Positions 28,276 to 42,659 of a DNA stretch of 64,000 bases are shown in pieces. A program made the translations under genes and the position numbers. The DNA comes from the human T2T-CHM13v2.0 reference genome, Homo sapiens. The DNA is taken from the NCBI RefSeq assembly GCF_009914755.1, contig NC_060937.1; one strand, 5' to 3'. Numbering within the stretch: position 1 is the first letter of the stretch; each line of letters begins with the position of its first letter. The notes beneath the pieces were generated by a model. It did no database searches. It saw nothing but the letters and a program-made list of their open reading frames with translations, and was not told the DNA's origin.

Positions 28276-29562
28276 TGAAAAAAATTTCACTAGGATCTTC
28301 ATGACTGAATATCCTCACAAACATAAGAAAGTTACTAGAGAAAAATATGAGCAGAATTTCAGAATTTTTCCTTTGCTGAAATTGTTTGTTCCCTCCTCCT
28401 CTACTCATCAAGACCTGACTGCTTATGTAACTCCCCCAAACCATCAACACCTGGAAGGAGTTGAAAATGATTTTAATGAAGAAGAAAAGCTCATGTTTAA
28501 TTTCAAAACTGACGGTGACAATAGAAGGGAGAGGCATGAATTTATCTTGATTCTAACACAAAGCATTATATTTGAGTCTACAAACGAAATTGGTTTCATT
28601 TTTATTTTTTGTAAGTTTTCGCCAAACTCTAGGCATATATAGAGGCTGGGCAAGAAAGAAAGAAACTCAGAAATATGGCATATGCAATCCCTTATTTATT
28701 TCCCCATGCGACCAGCCAACAGCTTCTTCACCTAGTCCCTGCTTCAAGCTGACTTTCTGTCTACTTCTCTATCGGAAATGGAGCTTCCCTAAAGACTACC
28801 TCAATGTCAGTTACCCACAGGCCATTTTTCCATCTTATGTTCCTAAACTTCTATGATATTAAATGATATTACCCTTTCTGGAAATTGTCCTTAGCTTTGA
28901 TTTTATAATTTTACTCTAACTTTGTTTCATTCCTTCTTTTATAGCCTTTCTTTTCTCTATCCCTTTACTGCAGACATGTTGTACAGCTTTGTTCTTGACC
29001 TTCTGATCTCTCCACATTCATTCCCAAGAGCATGTATCCATTTTCTTGGCATCGCCCTTCCTAACTATCTGATTATTACCATCATATAATGATGTTGGTG
29101 ATGAGCATAGCTAACATATCCTAGGCATTTTCCATGTAGGTTATAATAAGCACCCTATATAATTTGTACCATTTAATTCTTCAACCCTAAATGATACTAT
29201 TACTAACCACATTGTATGAGATGAGGAAACAGATTTTCATCAAAACCATGGAAAGCCAACGTGAGGAGCCCCTGTGTGTCTCCTTTTTTAATGCCTCTGG
29301 GCATCATGGCATGTGGATTGCGGTGGAATGGGGATTAGGAAGCGCAGCACTGTGAAAACACCAGAAAATATGATAGCAGGTAAGGACGCTCATCTCTGCA
29401 CATTGAGATGGTTTTGTTTCTGAGTCAGGTTTGAGATGAGCCAATCCTGACTCCATGGTGCCACCAGGGATCACGAATTTAGTAAGATCTTCGTGGATGC
29501 TTGGAACCCAACTGGTTTCTGTTTTCTACTTTAGGGAAAGAGCCACAACTTGAGTGGGGTGG

Positions 29563-29634
29563 TTTTGGTGTCACATACGCTATCAATAATACCCACCGTT
29601 TTGGTGTTACATACGCGATTAATAATACCCACCG
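29563..29634. repeat. Tandem duplication, 36-bp unit x2
   Basis: ttttggtgt(c/t)acatacgc(t/g)at(c/t)aataatacccaccg at 29563 and 29599. Confidence 0.95.
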
Positions 29635-29929
29635 CTGCGGAGGAATCACCGTGGACGAATCCTCCTTTCATCCCATGCTCTTGCGATGGATCCCTCTCAC
29701 CTGTTTACTGATTTCATTCAAATTCTTCAGCGACCACAGGACCCCGATTTGCCTTCTCTATCCTGGTTCCCATCACTCTGCTTTACAGGCCTGGCCTGCT
29801 CGCGGCTCCTCACACCAGCGCTGCAAGGCTCCCTCCTCGCCTCTGCCCTGTTTCCTCCAGCAGACAGGACTAGCTTCCTCCATCTCTATCGGGCAAAAGC
29901 CTGCTCAGCGTTCAAGACCCTCCTCAGAT

Positions 29930-30960
29930 GCCGCCTCCACGATTAGGCTTCTTCCTGACCCCTGAGCCTGTAACATGCGCCACCATAACTCTCCACCTTA
30001 TCCCACATTGCCACAGCACTCGCGAAGTCCGCGGCCCTCAACATGGCGCTTCATTCTATTTTAGGGTATTTTCTGCTTGCTTCCTGCACACACAGTTGCG
30101 CGAGGCACAGCCCCGAGTGACCCACGCACGAGTGGCCCCCGCTTCCAGACTCGCCGCCGCAGGCCGGCGAGGGCAGCCTAAGCCGCTTCCCGCCCCCGCA
30201 GGGACCGTCGCCAGCCCGCAGCTCTAGCGGGAGGCGGTTCCACAGAGAGCCCGGCAGTCCCGCCACCGTCAGCACCAGCGCCTCGGGAGGGCTTTCCCCA
30301 CCTCTGGGAGGCACAAATCCTCAGGGGCTCCTCGAGAGGGATCCAGGGAGCAGATGTGTGCGGACACCTTTTGGCCCTCTGAGGCCGCTGTACCTCCCTG
30401 GCAGAAACCCGGAAGTGGAAATCTCAGCCATTCAGCGTTTGGGTGAAGATGAAGGCGGGTTCTGGACAGACGTACGCTGTCAGGAAGTGTTTACTTCGCC
30501 TCCACTTCTGTTCCTCCCCGCCCTGGTGCTGCTCCAGGTCACATACTTGTCCTGAGCCGGCTTCAGCCTCTCCGCGCAGAAGTCTCCCGGAGCCATGGCC
30601 GAGTACTCTTTTGTGAAGTCTACCAAGCTTGTGCTCAAGGGAACCAAGGCAAAGAGCTGGGTCCTGCAGCTCCGGCGGGAGCCTCCTCGGTTCTTTTCGG
30701 ATGCACTCCACCCCCGCGGATCCGGTGGAAGCCGTGGTGCGAAGAGCTGGCTTCGTGGCCTCCCAGGTTTCGCCCTGACCCTGTCTGGGCTGGACGGAGG
30801 CCGGACCGCAGTTCGTGGCGCCTGTGCAGAGAGGGGCAACCTCCCGCGCTGACGACCCTGGAAACAGGATAGACGGGCGGGTGACCTGTGGCCCCGTACC
30901 CACGAGTTTGGGTCCGCTGAGGCATCTCTCCAGGCCTCTGCCTGGTGGGTCTGCGTTAGT
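29930..30960. promoter_or_regulatory. CpG-island promoter of the FRG1 paralogue with ETS (CCGGAAGTG 30409-30417) and YY1-like (CAACATGGCG 30039-30048) motifs
   Basis: GC/CpG-rich stretch spanning exon 1; motifs read directly from sequence. Confidence 0.85.
30595..30656 (+). pseudogene. FRG1: FRG1 paralogue exon 1 (coding part); donor reads CT instead of GT
   Basis: gccATGGCCGAGTAC...AAAGAG|ctgggt encodes MAEYSFVKSTKLVLKGTKAK(S); 30657-30658 = CT. Confidence 0.93.
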
Positions 30961-31809
30961 CTGATCTTGTAGTTCATGATAATAACTTCGTTTACTAAGG
31001 ATTATTCTTTTCTCCATTGTCTCTTCCTGGAAAAATTATTGATTATTTTTTTCTAAGCTAGTATGTAGAGTGAAACCAGGATGAATCACACAGTGGTTGA
31101 GGTGTACATAGGCTTTGATAGGGATATGGGATGGAACCTGCACTCTGTCATTTACTAATTTTGTAATTTGTGGCAAATTGGTTAATATGTCTGAACTTCC
31201 ATTTACTCATTAAGAGATCAAGTATCTTTAAACCTTCGTTTACACATTTATACTTTCAGACCATTTTTTATACCTTTAGAAGACTGTGAAGATTAAATTA
31301 GAGAACGTATATGCAGTAAATAAATTGAGCCAAATGTGAGGAGGAGGTCGTCGTGGTAATTTGTTAGCTCTTTAGGAGAAAAATACCTGTGCATTCATAT
31401 CCCTGCTTCTTTTTTAACTGGCAGATTTGCCTGAGGTTGACTGTACATACAAATATTGAGCATTTCCTCCTGGTCTCCATGATAAACAGAGGTTTTGATA
31501 TTGTTAGGCGAGATGGAAAGTATCAAAGAGTGAGCTGAAACCACTGCCTTTGAGAACCCTCTCAAGGAGTCTGGCCTCATGAAGATGCCAGAATAAATGG
31601 CAGGTATATCCTGAATGAATGTGAGATTTTTACTCTGTGAATTTCCTGTGAGGAGTGGTGAGTTATCCTCTGAAAACTTTATGATGAAAATGTAGACAAG
31701 AGTGTCTTAAGATTATCGCAGTAATCATAATTAATGCTTATATAGCACTTTCAATGCGCCAAGAAATTGTTGTAGGCGCTTTGCACATTAACTTTTTTCA
31801 AATCGCTCT

Positions 31810-32425
31810 TGGGTTTTTATTTTTTTATAGCGATGTAATTCATAATTATAAAATTCACCCTTTTGTACAGTCAGTGGTTTTTAGTACATATTCAAGAGGT
31901 TCACCACTGTCTAGTTGCTCAGCATTTTCATCATCTCAGAAGGAAATCTCTTCCTACCCATTAAAGCAGTCACATCCCATCCTCCCTCTCTCCTAGTCCT
32001 TGGCAACCACTAGTCTGCTATCTATGTGAAATTGCCTATTCTGAATATTTCCTAAGAAATCATGCAACATGTGGCCTTTTGTATCTGGCTTCTTTCACTT
32101 ATAACATTCTTGAGGTCCATCATTGTTGTAGCACTTGTTCCTTTTTATGGCTGCATAGTATTCCATTGTATGGATGTAACATTTTGTTCATCCATTCATC
32201 AGTTGATGAACATTTAGGTTGTTTCCCCTTTTTGACTATTGTGACTAATGCTAGTGTGAATATTCTTATGTAAGTATTTTTGTGGGGGTATGTTTTCATT
32301 TCCCTTGGGTATACATACTTAGGAGTAAAACTGCTGGGTCATATGGTAACTCTTTAACTTTTTGAGGAACCACAAACTGTTTCCTGTAGATGCTGCACCA
32401 TTTTACATTTCCACCAGCAATGCGT
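31810..32425 (-). mobile_element. L1MB-type 3' end in FRG1 intron 1
   Basis: ttatggctgcatagtattccattgtatgg...tccattcatcagttgatgaacattt. Confidence 0.85.
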
Positions 32426-32802
32426 GAAGATACATATTACCTCTTAATCCTCACAATAGCCTTAAGAGTTAAGTTATTATCCTAATTTTTTAAGTGGGGA
32501 AACTGACTCCCAGAGAGGTTCAGTACCTTTTCCAAAAATCACAGAGCTAAGAAGTGACAGAATCAAGATTTAAAATCTGGCAGTGTGGCTCTACAATCTG
32601 CTTTGAACTTTAACATGATATGTACAAAGCCTGAAGCAACTTCTCAGTATTGTATTTAAGAGGGCATAGTAATGTAAGTCTTCCTAAATCAATAATTTAT
32701 AAATGAAACAGCTTAAAAGACTTCCAAGTTTCAATCTTACGATATTTATTTATCACACAAATCAATGTACCTAAGCTCATCTGTATAAATAATGTCCTGT
32801 AG

Positions 32803-32872
32803 TAAGAAGAAAAAGAGGAAAGATAAGAGGAGAAAAAGAGAAGAAGATGAAGAAACTCAGTTTGATATGTTG
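32803..32872 (+). pseudogene. FRG1: FRG1 paralogue exon 2 (70 nt, 1-nt deletion frameshift)
   Basis: tgtag|TAAGAAGAAAAAG...GATATGTTG|gtgagt encodes KKKKRKDKRRKREEDEETQFD. FRG1 continues D-I-V-G (GAT ATT GTT G), so one T is missing. Confidence 0.92.
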
Positions 32873-33689
32873 GTGAGTCAGTTTTCAGTGCTTTATTCTG
32901 AAAAAAGTTAACATTTCTTGAGATCTCATTGAAAATATTTTCCTAGTTAGAAATTTATGATGTATTCATATTTGTCTTAAAGTGTTTAAATATTACCTAC
33001 AGTTGTAAATTCCATTTATTCTTTAGCACAGTAGATGCTACTGATGCCTTTACTTCATTATCAGAACAGAGCACAGGAGAGAAGAATTACAACTCTCTGA
33101 CTTAGTAGGCACCATTAGACTGCTTAATAGCCAGATATTCTGATACATAATTTTAAAGGCTTAATGTAAATGTTATTCAACCAAATATATTTTACAAGTT
33201 ATTTTCTTTGAACATGTATACATTTTAGTTGTAGAAGTCAGTTGTCTCTTAAACGAAGTATCTTCACAGGAAAAATCATTATTTTGTGAACTCTGAAATG
33301 AATGAAAATTTTAAATACAATATCAGGGTAGCCTGTAAATGATACTAGAAATAAACTGACCCAAACACACTTAACCAGCCTGTTTTCCACTTAGTTGTTT
33401 CCGTACTTTTTTTTCTCTTTTAAAACTTGGCAAATTGCATTTTGAATCTTCATAATTTATAGTAGCTTAAAAAATATATAAAATATGGAATGGTATAAAA
33501 CTAATATTCTGGAAGAATCATTACTTTTGAAATGGCAAATCAATAATTCTAAAATTAGCATAAATATCTAGGGTAGATATGTAGATGTGGAATTGCTGTA
33601 TCAAAGGATAGGTGAATGTTTAACTATATAAGAAACTGCCAAAAGTTTTCTAAAGTGGTTGTGCCATTTTACCCTCCCACCAACAATGA

Positions 33690-34015
<326 letters not shown>

Positions 34016-35829
34016 AGAAGCTTTTAATTTTTATAAAGCTTAGTTTTTTTTTTTATTTTATGGTTACTGCCTTATCTCTTTGATCTAAGACATCTTTGCT
34101 TACCTCAAAGTAAGGAAAATATTCTACATTGTCTTTTAGAGGCCTCATAGTTTTAGTTTTTACATTAAATCTGTCATTAATCTCAAATTAATTTTTCGCA
34201 TGGTGTGAGTTTGGTTTCAAGATTTACTTTTTTTTTTTTTTTTTAACAACTTGATAGCCATTTGTGCCAGCACCACTGGTGTTTCCTTTTTGCATTAATC
34301 CATTTTCGTATCTTCATAAAAAATCAATTACATTTCTATGTATTGGTCTATTTCTGGACTCTGTTCTATCGATTGTCTGTTTTTCTATTGGTATATGTAT
34401 CTTGATTGCTATAATTTCATGAAGTCTTGAGATCAGATGGTGTGTGTCCTCCAACTTTGTACTTACTAACTATTAGTTTATTAATTTCTACAGTGAAGCC
34501 TGTTGGATTTTCTCGGGGAATTGTATTGAGTCCAGATTATTTTGGGGGAGAATCAACATCTTAATATTCGGCCTCAATATTTAATAATTTTCAATGTAGC
34601 AGTCTTGCATGCCTGTTTAAAAATTTATTCTTAAGTATTCTATAATTTTACACTACTGTCAGTAGAACTTTTGAATTTGATTTTCCAGTTGTTTGCTCTC
34701 AGTATGTAGATACACAATTGATTTTTGTATAGTGACTTTGTAGTCTGATAAGTCTGTTTCACTTATTACTTCTAGTGGTTTGTTTATATAGAAAACTAAG
34801 AAATTTGCAATTACGTTTCCTCTGACTATCCTTTTACTTCTTACTTTCTAATCCTTATGTCTTGTCTTGCTTTTTATTGGTTTATTATACTGTCCAGGAC
34901 TTCCATAGTGTTGAACAGAAGTCACGAGAATGGGCATAATTGCATGGTTCCCAAGCTTAGGCAGAAAGCTTTCAGTAGTCCACCGTATGGTATGATGTCT
35001 GTAGGATCTGCAGAGAAAACCTTTATCAAAATGAGGACATTCCTTTTAAACTTTGTTTCTTGGGAGTTTTTATCATAACGATGTTTAATGCTGTCAAATG
35101 CCTCTTTCTGTATTTGTTGAGATGATTACACAACTTTCTTCATTCTACCAATGAATTACATTGGTTTCATTTTCAACTTTTAAACTAACTTTACATCCCT
35201 GAGATAAACCCCACTTGGTTGTGGTGCGTTGTCCTTAGGGATATTGCTAGAGTTGATTTCTAGGTGTTTGTTTGTTTGTTTGTAAGATTTCTATATTGGT
35301 GTTGATGGGAGATATTGGACTTTTGTATCCTTTTCTTGTAATGACTTTATTTGATTTTGGTGTCAAGGTGATATTTGGTGTCATAAAATTAGACGGGAAG
35401 TGCTGTCTCCTTCCCTGTTTTTGGAAATAGCTGTGTAAGATCGGTATGATTTCTTCTTTACATGTTTGATAGGATTTACCAGTGAAGTCATCTGAACCTA
35501 GAGGGTTTTATTTGGTTTGGTTTTATTTTTTTGTGGGAGAATTAAGATTTTTTTAAGAGATATTTTCAGATTTTTCTGTTGTCAGTTTTGGTAATTTGTG
35601 TCTTTTAGGAAAATTTCATTTCATCCAAGTTGTTGGATTTATTGGCATAAAATTGTTCAGAATATTCCTTTAATATCCTTTTAATGTCTTATAATCTAAT
35701 CTGTATTGCAGTCTCTTCATATTGGTAATTTGTGTTTTTTCTATTTTTTCCTGGATCAGTCAGTCTAGCTGGAGGTTTATCAATTCTTTATAAGATCACT
35801 TATTTTAGATCATTAATGATCTTTTAATA

Positions 35830-36036
35830 CAGGGGTATTCAAACTTTTAGCTTCCCTGGGCCACAATGGAAGGAGAATTGTCTTGGGCCACAAATAGAAT
35901 ACACTAATGATAGGCTGATGAGCCAAAAAAAAAGGAAAAAAAATCTCATAATGTTTCAAGAAAGTTTATGAATTAGTGTTGGGCTGCATTCAAAGCTGGC
36001 CTGGGCCACATGCAGCCCTCAGGTTGGACAAGCCTG
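35830..36036 (+). mobile_element. MER30 hAT MITE
   Basis: caggggtattcaaacttttagcttccctgggccaca...ggttggacaagcctg. Confidence 0.88.
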
Positions 36037-36396
36037 TTTCAGTATTACTTATTTTGTCTTTTTTTCATTTTTTATTTCATTTATTTTCAGTCTTTTTTTT
36101 TCCTCCCTTTAACTTATTTTCAGTTTACTTTGCTCTTGTTTTATTGCTTCTTAAGAAAGCAGTTAGATATCTTCATTCCATGTTAGTTTTAGTTATAGTC
36201 AACACATTTTGCTTTCATTTTCATTCCATTCAAAATATCATCTAGTTTTCCTTGTGATTTTTCTTTTCATGGACATTTGAGTTATTTAAAAGTGTATTGT
36301 TTTTAATTTCTACTACATAGAGATATTATAGGTATGTTATTGTTGCTGATTTCTAATTCATTTATAGTATAGTTGGGGAACATACTTTCTCAGTGA

Positions 36397-36753
<357 letters not shown>

Positions 36754-38297
36754 TGGTTCAGTGTTCTTCAGATGTCAATTAGATCAACTGGTGGAGCTTG
36801 TGACTATGCACATCTTCTGTGTCCTTACTGATTTTTTACTCATCATACAATGTATTGAGAGTTATGTTAGAATCTCCAGCTGTAGTTCTAGATCTGTCTA
36901 CTTGAGCAGTTTTTGCTTAAAGTATTTTGAAGCTGTCATGTGTACACATTTAGGATTGTTAAGTCTTCCTTATAAATTCAGTCTTTCATTTTCATAACAT
37001 TTTAACCTTTATTTCTGTTAAATGTCTTGATGCCTAGTTAAATTATTTGACCACCCTTTTGCTCCTGTCAAGCCTGGGTCTTTGTTAGTTTGTGCTTATT
37101 TATTAGGTTTTTGCCTGTAGACTTAGACAGTGACTCTTACTCTAGGAAAGATTCATCCTCATGGGCCTCAGCCACATGTTCTAGGTATACTTTGTGAGTT
37201 CTCTCCACTCTGCTATGTCCCAAATTTGTGTGATCTCTGGCATCTCCAGTCAGCCCTCAGAAGTGCCAGCCACTCTGCAGAGGCCTTGTGGAGCCTGTCT
37301 GCTCTATGCACTCCCCCCAGCCCTTGGCCGCAGACCTGCCGAGAACTTTTGCATACTCTTTTGAGACCTCACCTGTATGTAGTTCCCTCTTCTCCAGTAC
37401 CTTATTCTATAAACTCCAAACACCTTAGCACTGCAAGACTCTCAGCTTAGAGTAAGTGGCATTGCCTCATTTTTGGACGTCTCTACCTCTCTCTGCATGG
37501 TCAAGAAACTGCCATTGGGCAGAAAACAGAAGTATGTGTGAGATTTGCCTCCTGTGTTTTCCGGTTCTCAAATATCACAGTCCTGTTCTGCCTGTGTTCC
37601 AATCCCTGAAAACAGTTCTCTCTAATATTCTATCCAGTTTCAGTTTTCTCATTGGTCATTGTGGGAGGGCAAGTCCATCTTGGCTGGAAGAGGAAGTCCT
37701 TCTGCATCTTTTTCTCTTTGTCCTTCCACCTTCTTTTGCATTGTGGATTTTCTAAACTTGCTGTATAAGTAAGCATGTGCCTATTTGTGAAGGGAAAGAA
37801 AAAAACCTTTTAATTTTTTAAAGCTGTTCTGTTGGTTCTTCACAAGGATCTGAAGGGATTGGTAAATAGGATGAAAGAAATTCTGTCTCTAACATGGAGA
37901 ATACCATGTGTGACATTAATAAAAATGAGCATGTCTGTAAGCAAAGAGTTTCACTGAGCTCTGCTAGATTCAGAAGCAATTGAACTTACAACATCACAGT
38001 TTGCAAAACACAGATTTGATTTACCCAGGAACTAAAGCTAAGTAAGCTATGGGTTAATAGAAGGTCTGTGAAGGGTACTTAGACTACAGTAAGATTGGGG
38101 AAGAAAATTCCATTTCCAAATCTAAGATATATCATTCCTTTGTGCCAAGAACATAATGAAGGTAGAGGTTTAAGGGGGCCCTTAGCACAGAAGCACTGGG
38201 TTAGTCAGAAGGTGAAGTGAGCTGTCACACAGCCTTGATGCTAGAATGAGAGTGCCTTGGTAGTATTTTATCAGCCATGACACTGGTGCATCGGGAC

Positions 38298-38585
38298 TTT
38301 TTTTTTTTTTTTTGAGACAGGCTCTTGCTTTGTTGCTCAGGCTGGAGTGCAGTGACATGATGGTGGTTCAGTTCACCCTCGACCTCGTAGGCTCAAGCAA
38401 TCCTCTCACCTCAGACTCCCGAGTAGCTGGGACCACAGGCTTGTACCACCATACCCAGCTAATTTCTTAATTTTTTTGTAGAGATGGGGGTCTCCTTTTG
38501 TTGCCTAGGCTGATTTTGAACTCCTGGGCTTAAGTGATTATCCTGCTTCCACCTCTCAAAGTGCTGGATTACAAACATGCCAGAC
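38298..38585 (-). mobile_element. AluJ
   Basis: polyT, ggctcaagcaatcctc, aaagtgctggattaca. Confidence 0.9.
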
Positions 38586-39459
38586 ATATAGAAACATTCT
38601 CAACTATGTGAAAATATGTGAAAAGCTTTGTTATGCATTGTGAGACAACCCAGTGGGAATATTTCACCATCTGCCTAAGGTTTAAAAGTAAATAACTTTA
38701 AGCATATGTCTAAATAGCAAGTAATGTTTTAGAGCGGATTCTCTTAAATTCAGCTTGTGTGTCTGCAGCATATACACAGCTGGAGCTGTCACCTGACATA
38801 GAGACAGGCAACTTCAGTGCCCACTGTTCTTAGGATCCACTGCTTTTTCACAGCTAAAACCCCCAAGTGGCATCGTTAAGTATCATGTTATGTTACTTTA
38901 GTCGTTAAACGTATAAGCATACCTCCAAAGGTTGAATGTAGGCCACTTGCAGAAAGTAAGCAGAATGCTCACAGGTAATTCTTGATGATACTGTGTTTAG
39001 GTTTCTTATTCTTTGAAATCCCATTGAGAAAAAATACTGGCATCTGCTCAAAGTAATTTCTTTTTCAGTTGACAATATTATAAGTAATGTTATTGTATCA
39101 TTTCCTTACTTGGACAGAGGGTGAAAATTTTGAGGAGCTTGTCTGCCAGAAATTTCTTCTTCATTTGAAAAACATTAATGAGATATTATATTTAAATGAT
39201 TTTATTTAATATTAAGTGTACTTGGTGAACGTGGCATAGAACATACAAAATAAAACTAATTTAAAATTATTAACTATTACATTTATAGGAAAGACTTGCT
39301 AATCATAACACTGTTCATAATGATTCTGAATAAAGCATTATTTCTTTTACTGAAAACAATTGTAGCTATAACTCAGTCATCTAAATTGTCATTAGTTTTA
39401 TTGCTTTCTAATCGTCTTGAGCTGAAATTTTAATTTTGATTAATTTTCTTTTTCTCCAT

Positions 39460-40170
39460 TGGTTTTGTGTGTGTGTGGAGGTAAAATATACAGAATATTG
39501 AATTTGCCAGTTTTTCTACTTTTACGTGTACACTTCAGTGGCATTTAAATACATGCATCATTTACCTTCCCACCAGCATTGCACAGGGTTTCAGTTTACC
39601 ACATTCTGCCCAACATTTGTTTTTCTGGTTTTCTTGGTTTCTGTTTTTTGTTTGTTTTGATAATAGCATTCTAATGGGTGTGAAGTGGTATTGCATTATG
39701 GTTTTGATTTATATTTCCCTACTGACTAGTGATGTTGAGCATCTTTTCCAGTGCTTATTGGCCATTTGTATAACATCTTTGGAGCAATGTCCGTATATAT
39801 CCTTTGCCCAGTTTTGAATTGTGGTATTTGTCTTTCTGGAGTTCTCTATATAGTCTGGATATTAATTCCTTATAATGTTTGTAGTTTACAAATATTTTCT
39901 GCATTTTCTGGGTTGCCTTTTACTCTGTTGACAGTGGTTCTTAATGCACAAAATTTTTAATTCTGATGAAGTCCAGTTTGTCTACGTTTTCTTTTGTTGC
40001 CTGTGCCTTTGATGTTCTATATAAGAAATCATTGCCAAATTCATTGTCGTGAAGCTTTTCCCATTTTCTTCTAAAAGTTTTCTAACTTTAGCTCTTACAT
40101 TTAGGTCTTTTGTCTATTTTAAGTTACTTTTTGTATTTTGTGTTAGATAAGGGTCCAACTTCATTTTAGC
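39460..40170 (-). mobile_element. L1MB-type fragment
   Basis: gatgttgagcatcttttccagtgcttattggccatttg; gggtccaacttcatt. Confidence 0.8.
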
Positions 40171-40800
40171 TAAAATTTTATGTATTTTAAAATTGACTAT
40201 GAAAAGCATGAAATGTTTAGTTGAATAGAAAGTTTTGTGCAGTGGAATAAACTGAATCTTTAAAACCTTTTTATTATGGAAATATGCAAACTAATCCATA
40301 CATAGAAGAATATAATGAGTCCCCCATGTGCCCAGGCCCCAGTATTAATTATCAATATTTTGCCAATCTCGTTTCATTTACATACACACCCCCACACACT
40401 TTTTTCCTAGAAAATTTTAAGTAAAATCACAGATATTACATCATTTTACCCATAAGTACATAAATGTGCATTTCTTAACGTGGTATGTCTTTCTCTCATC
40501 ACCTGTTTTGTTCTTTACTTTTATACATTATACTATGTCATTATCAGACCTTGTAAAATTAACAAGAATTCCTTAATATGTAATATCCATTTAATGATTG
40601 ACTCATTTCTACTCTAGTTAAAGTACAATTTAGGAGGAGTTTTGAGGATATTTTTTAACATTAAGATATAAACTTTTATAACAACGCTAAAATAATGTTT
40701 GCTAGACTCTAACATTTCTATTGGCAAATTGGACATTAGTATACATAGACATAGGTTCTGCTCATTTTGCTTTCAATGTAAAATCATAGTTAAGATTACT

Positions 40801-41081
40801 GGCTGGGAGCGGTGGCTCAAACCTGTAATCTCAGCACTTTGGGAGGCAGAGGCGGGTGGATCACGAGGTCAGGAGTTCAAGACCAGCCTGACCAATGTGG
40901 TGAAACCCCGTCTCTACTAAAAATACAAAAAAAATTATTCGGGCATGGTGGCAGGCTCTTGTAACCCCAGCTACTCGGGAAGCTAGGCAGAGAATTGTTT
41001 GAACCCAGGAAGTGGAGGTTGCAGTGAGCCAAGATCACATCACTACACTCCAGCCTGGGCGACAGAGTGAGACTCCATCTC

Positions 41082-41110
<29 letters not shown>
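40801..41110 (+). mobile_element. AluS with long pure A tail
   Basis: ggctgggagcggtggctca...gagactccatctc then long A run; attact on both flanks. Confidence 0.95.
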
Positions 41111-41112
<2 letters not shown>

Positions 41113-41277
41113 ACTATGCTAGAAAGTCTTCCTGTAGAGGCATTTTTAAGAAGCATTATGATAGGCATTGCCTCTGGAAAGCAGGCATGAATAGATGGCT
41201 GGGGTCTATCACGAGAGAGACCGTTCTTCATATATCACTTTGTACCCTCACATGTTGCCTTTTGTTTTGTTTTGGTC

Positions 41278-41430
41278 TTTTTTTGAGACAGGACCTTGTT
41301 CTGTCACTCAGGCTAGAGTACAGTGGCGTGATCATAGCTCACTATAACCTTGAGCTCCTGGGCTCAAGTGATCCTCTTTCACAGCTCCCTGAGTAGCTGG
41401 GATTACAGGCATGCACCCCCATGCCGGGCT
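41278..41430 (-). mobile_element. Alu right monomer (J/FRAM-like)
   Basis: ttttgagacagg...gtagctgggattacaggcatg. Confidence 0.85.
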
Positions 41431-41759
41431 GTATGTTGCTATTGTGTATTTTAAAATCCTAATCCTGACTGTACTGTTAGTTGCAGGAATCTGTGCACAT
41501 ACATGCAAACAAGTACATGTAAAACTGGTGAAATCTGAATAAGCTTCATTGGTTATATCAATGTCAGTTTCCTTATTCTAACAAAGTATGATACTTATGC
41601 AAGATGTTATCATTGAGACAAAGCGAGTAAAAGATATGTGAGATCTTCGTAGTATTTCTTATGACTGCAAAATAAAAGGTTTTTAAAACTAAGTTATAAT
41701 AACAAAGAACTCTGTGTCAAAACTAAAATATAAAATTGAAATATCATTTTATTTTTTAG

Positions 41760-41882
41760 GAATCTGGTGAACAGTAACAAACTTTGGTGAAATTTCAGGA
41801 ACCATAGCCATTGAAATGGATGAGGGAACCTATATACATGCACTCGACAATGGCCTTTTTACCCTGGGAGCTCCACACAAAG
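41760..41882 (+). pseudogene. FRG1: FRG1 paralogue exon 3 (W->TGA at 41768-41770; one codon lost at 3' end)
   Basis: ttttag|GAATCTGGTGAACA...CACAAAG|gtttgt encodes [39 protein letters not shown] (FRG1 has ...PHKE). Confidence 0.94.
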
Positions 41883-42659
41883 GTTTGTGTCTGGAAGGGA
41901 AGATCCTGCCACAAGTGTAGATTTTAGGACATTCATTCACTTAGGCCAAACTCTAACTAGTCTCAAACATTTTCCAAAGGAAAGGAACCATTGCATTAGA
42001 CTCTTCCATTTTTTTTAATTCCTTAATATTTACCAGCCATTGGCAAGTCCCTCTTTCTAATATAAGCATTTGAAAACATTCCATATAGTTCCAGAAGAGT
42101 ATCTTTGGAAATCAAAACAATATGAATAATTAAAATAGTAAGTGGAAAGAAAAAAGAAAACCTATTTGAGTCAAACATATTTGAATTTCTTTTTTATTCA
42201 GACCTATTACCAAAACTAACCTGGGTGAATTTAACAATTTGAAGTTTCCTCATTTTCTTTAGCCCATTAGAGGAAACACTAATGAGATACGAAGTAATTA
42301 GAAGATAAAAAGCAGTATCATTTCATAAGCAAGGCCATCCATTGAATAAATGAAAGCATTTAGCTTTTTTAAATAAGTGCTTATTTATGACTGTATTTTA
42401 AAACATAAAGAGAAGCTATCTCGAAAGTTATTAAATAAGCATTATATCACCCTGTCTTAGTGTATAAAATTAACACTGTAGCTAAAAGAAGGTAAAATAG
42501 ATCTTGATTCCAAAGATACAGTATTGCAGTGACATCAGTATATCTGAATATTCTTACATTTAATTGCAGAAGAAAATAGCCACATTTTTTAAAACAAAAT
42601 AATATCTTTATATTTATAGAAAATGTCAAATTTATTTTCAAATGTTTTTTCTCCAATAG

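Noticed and set aside
29501-31017. Several 85-197 aa ORFs around the CpG island, including a repeated FGVTYAINNTHR
   Set aside because: GC-richness artefacts; the peptide repeat is just the 36-bp duplication. Only the first 62 nt of 30595..30852 are FRG1 coding.
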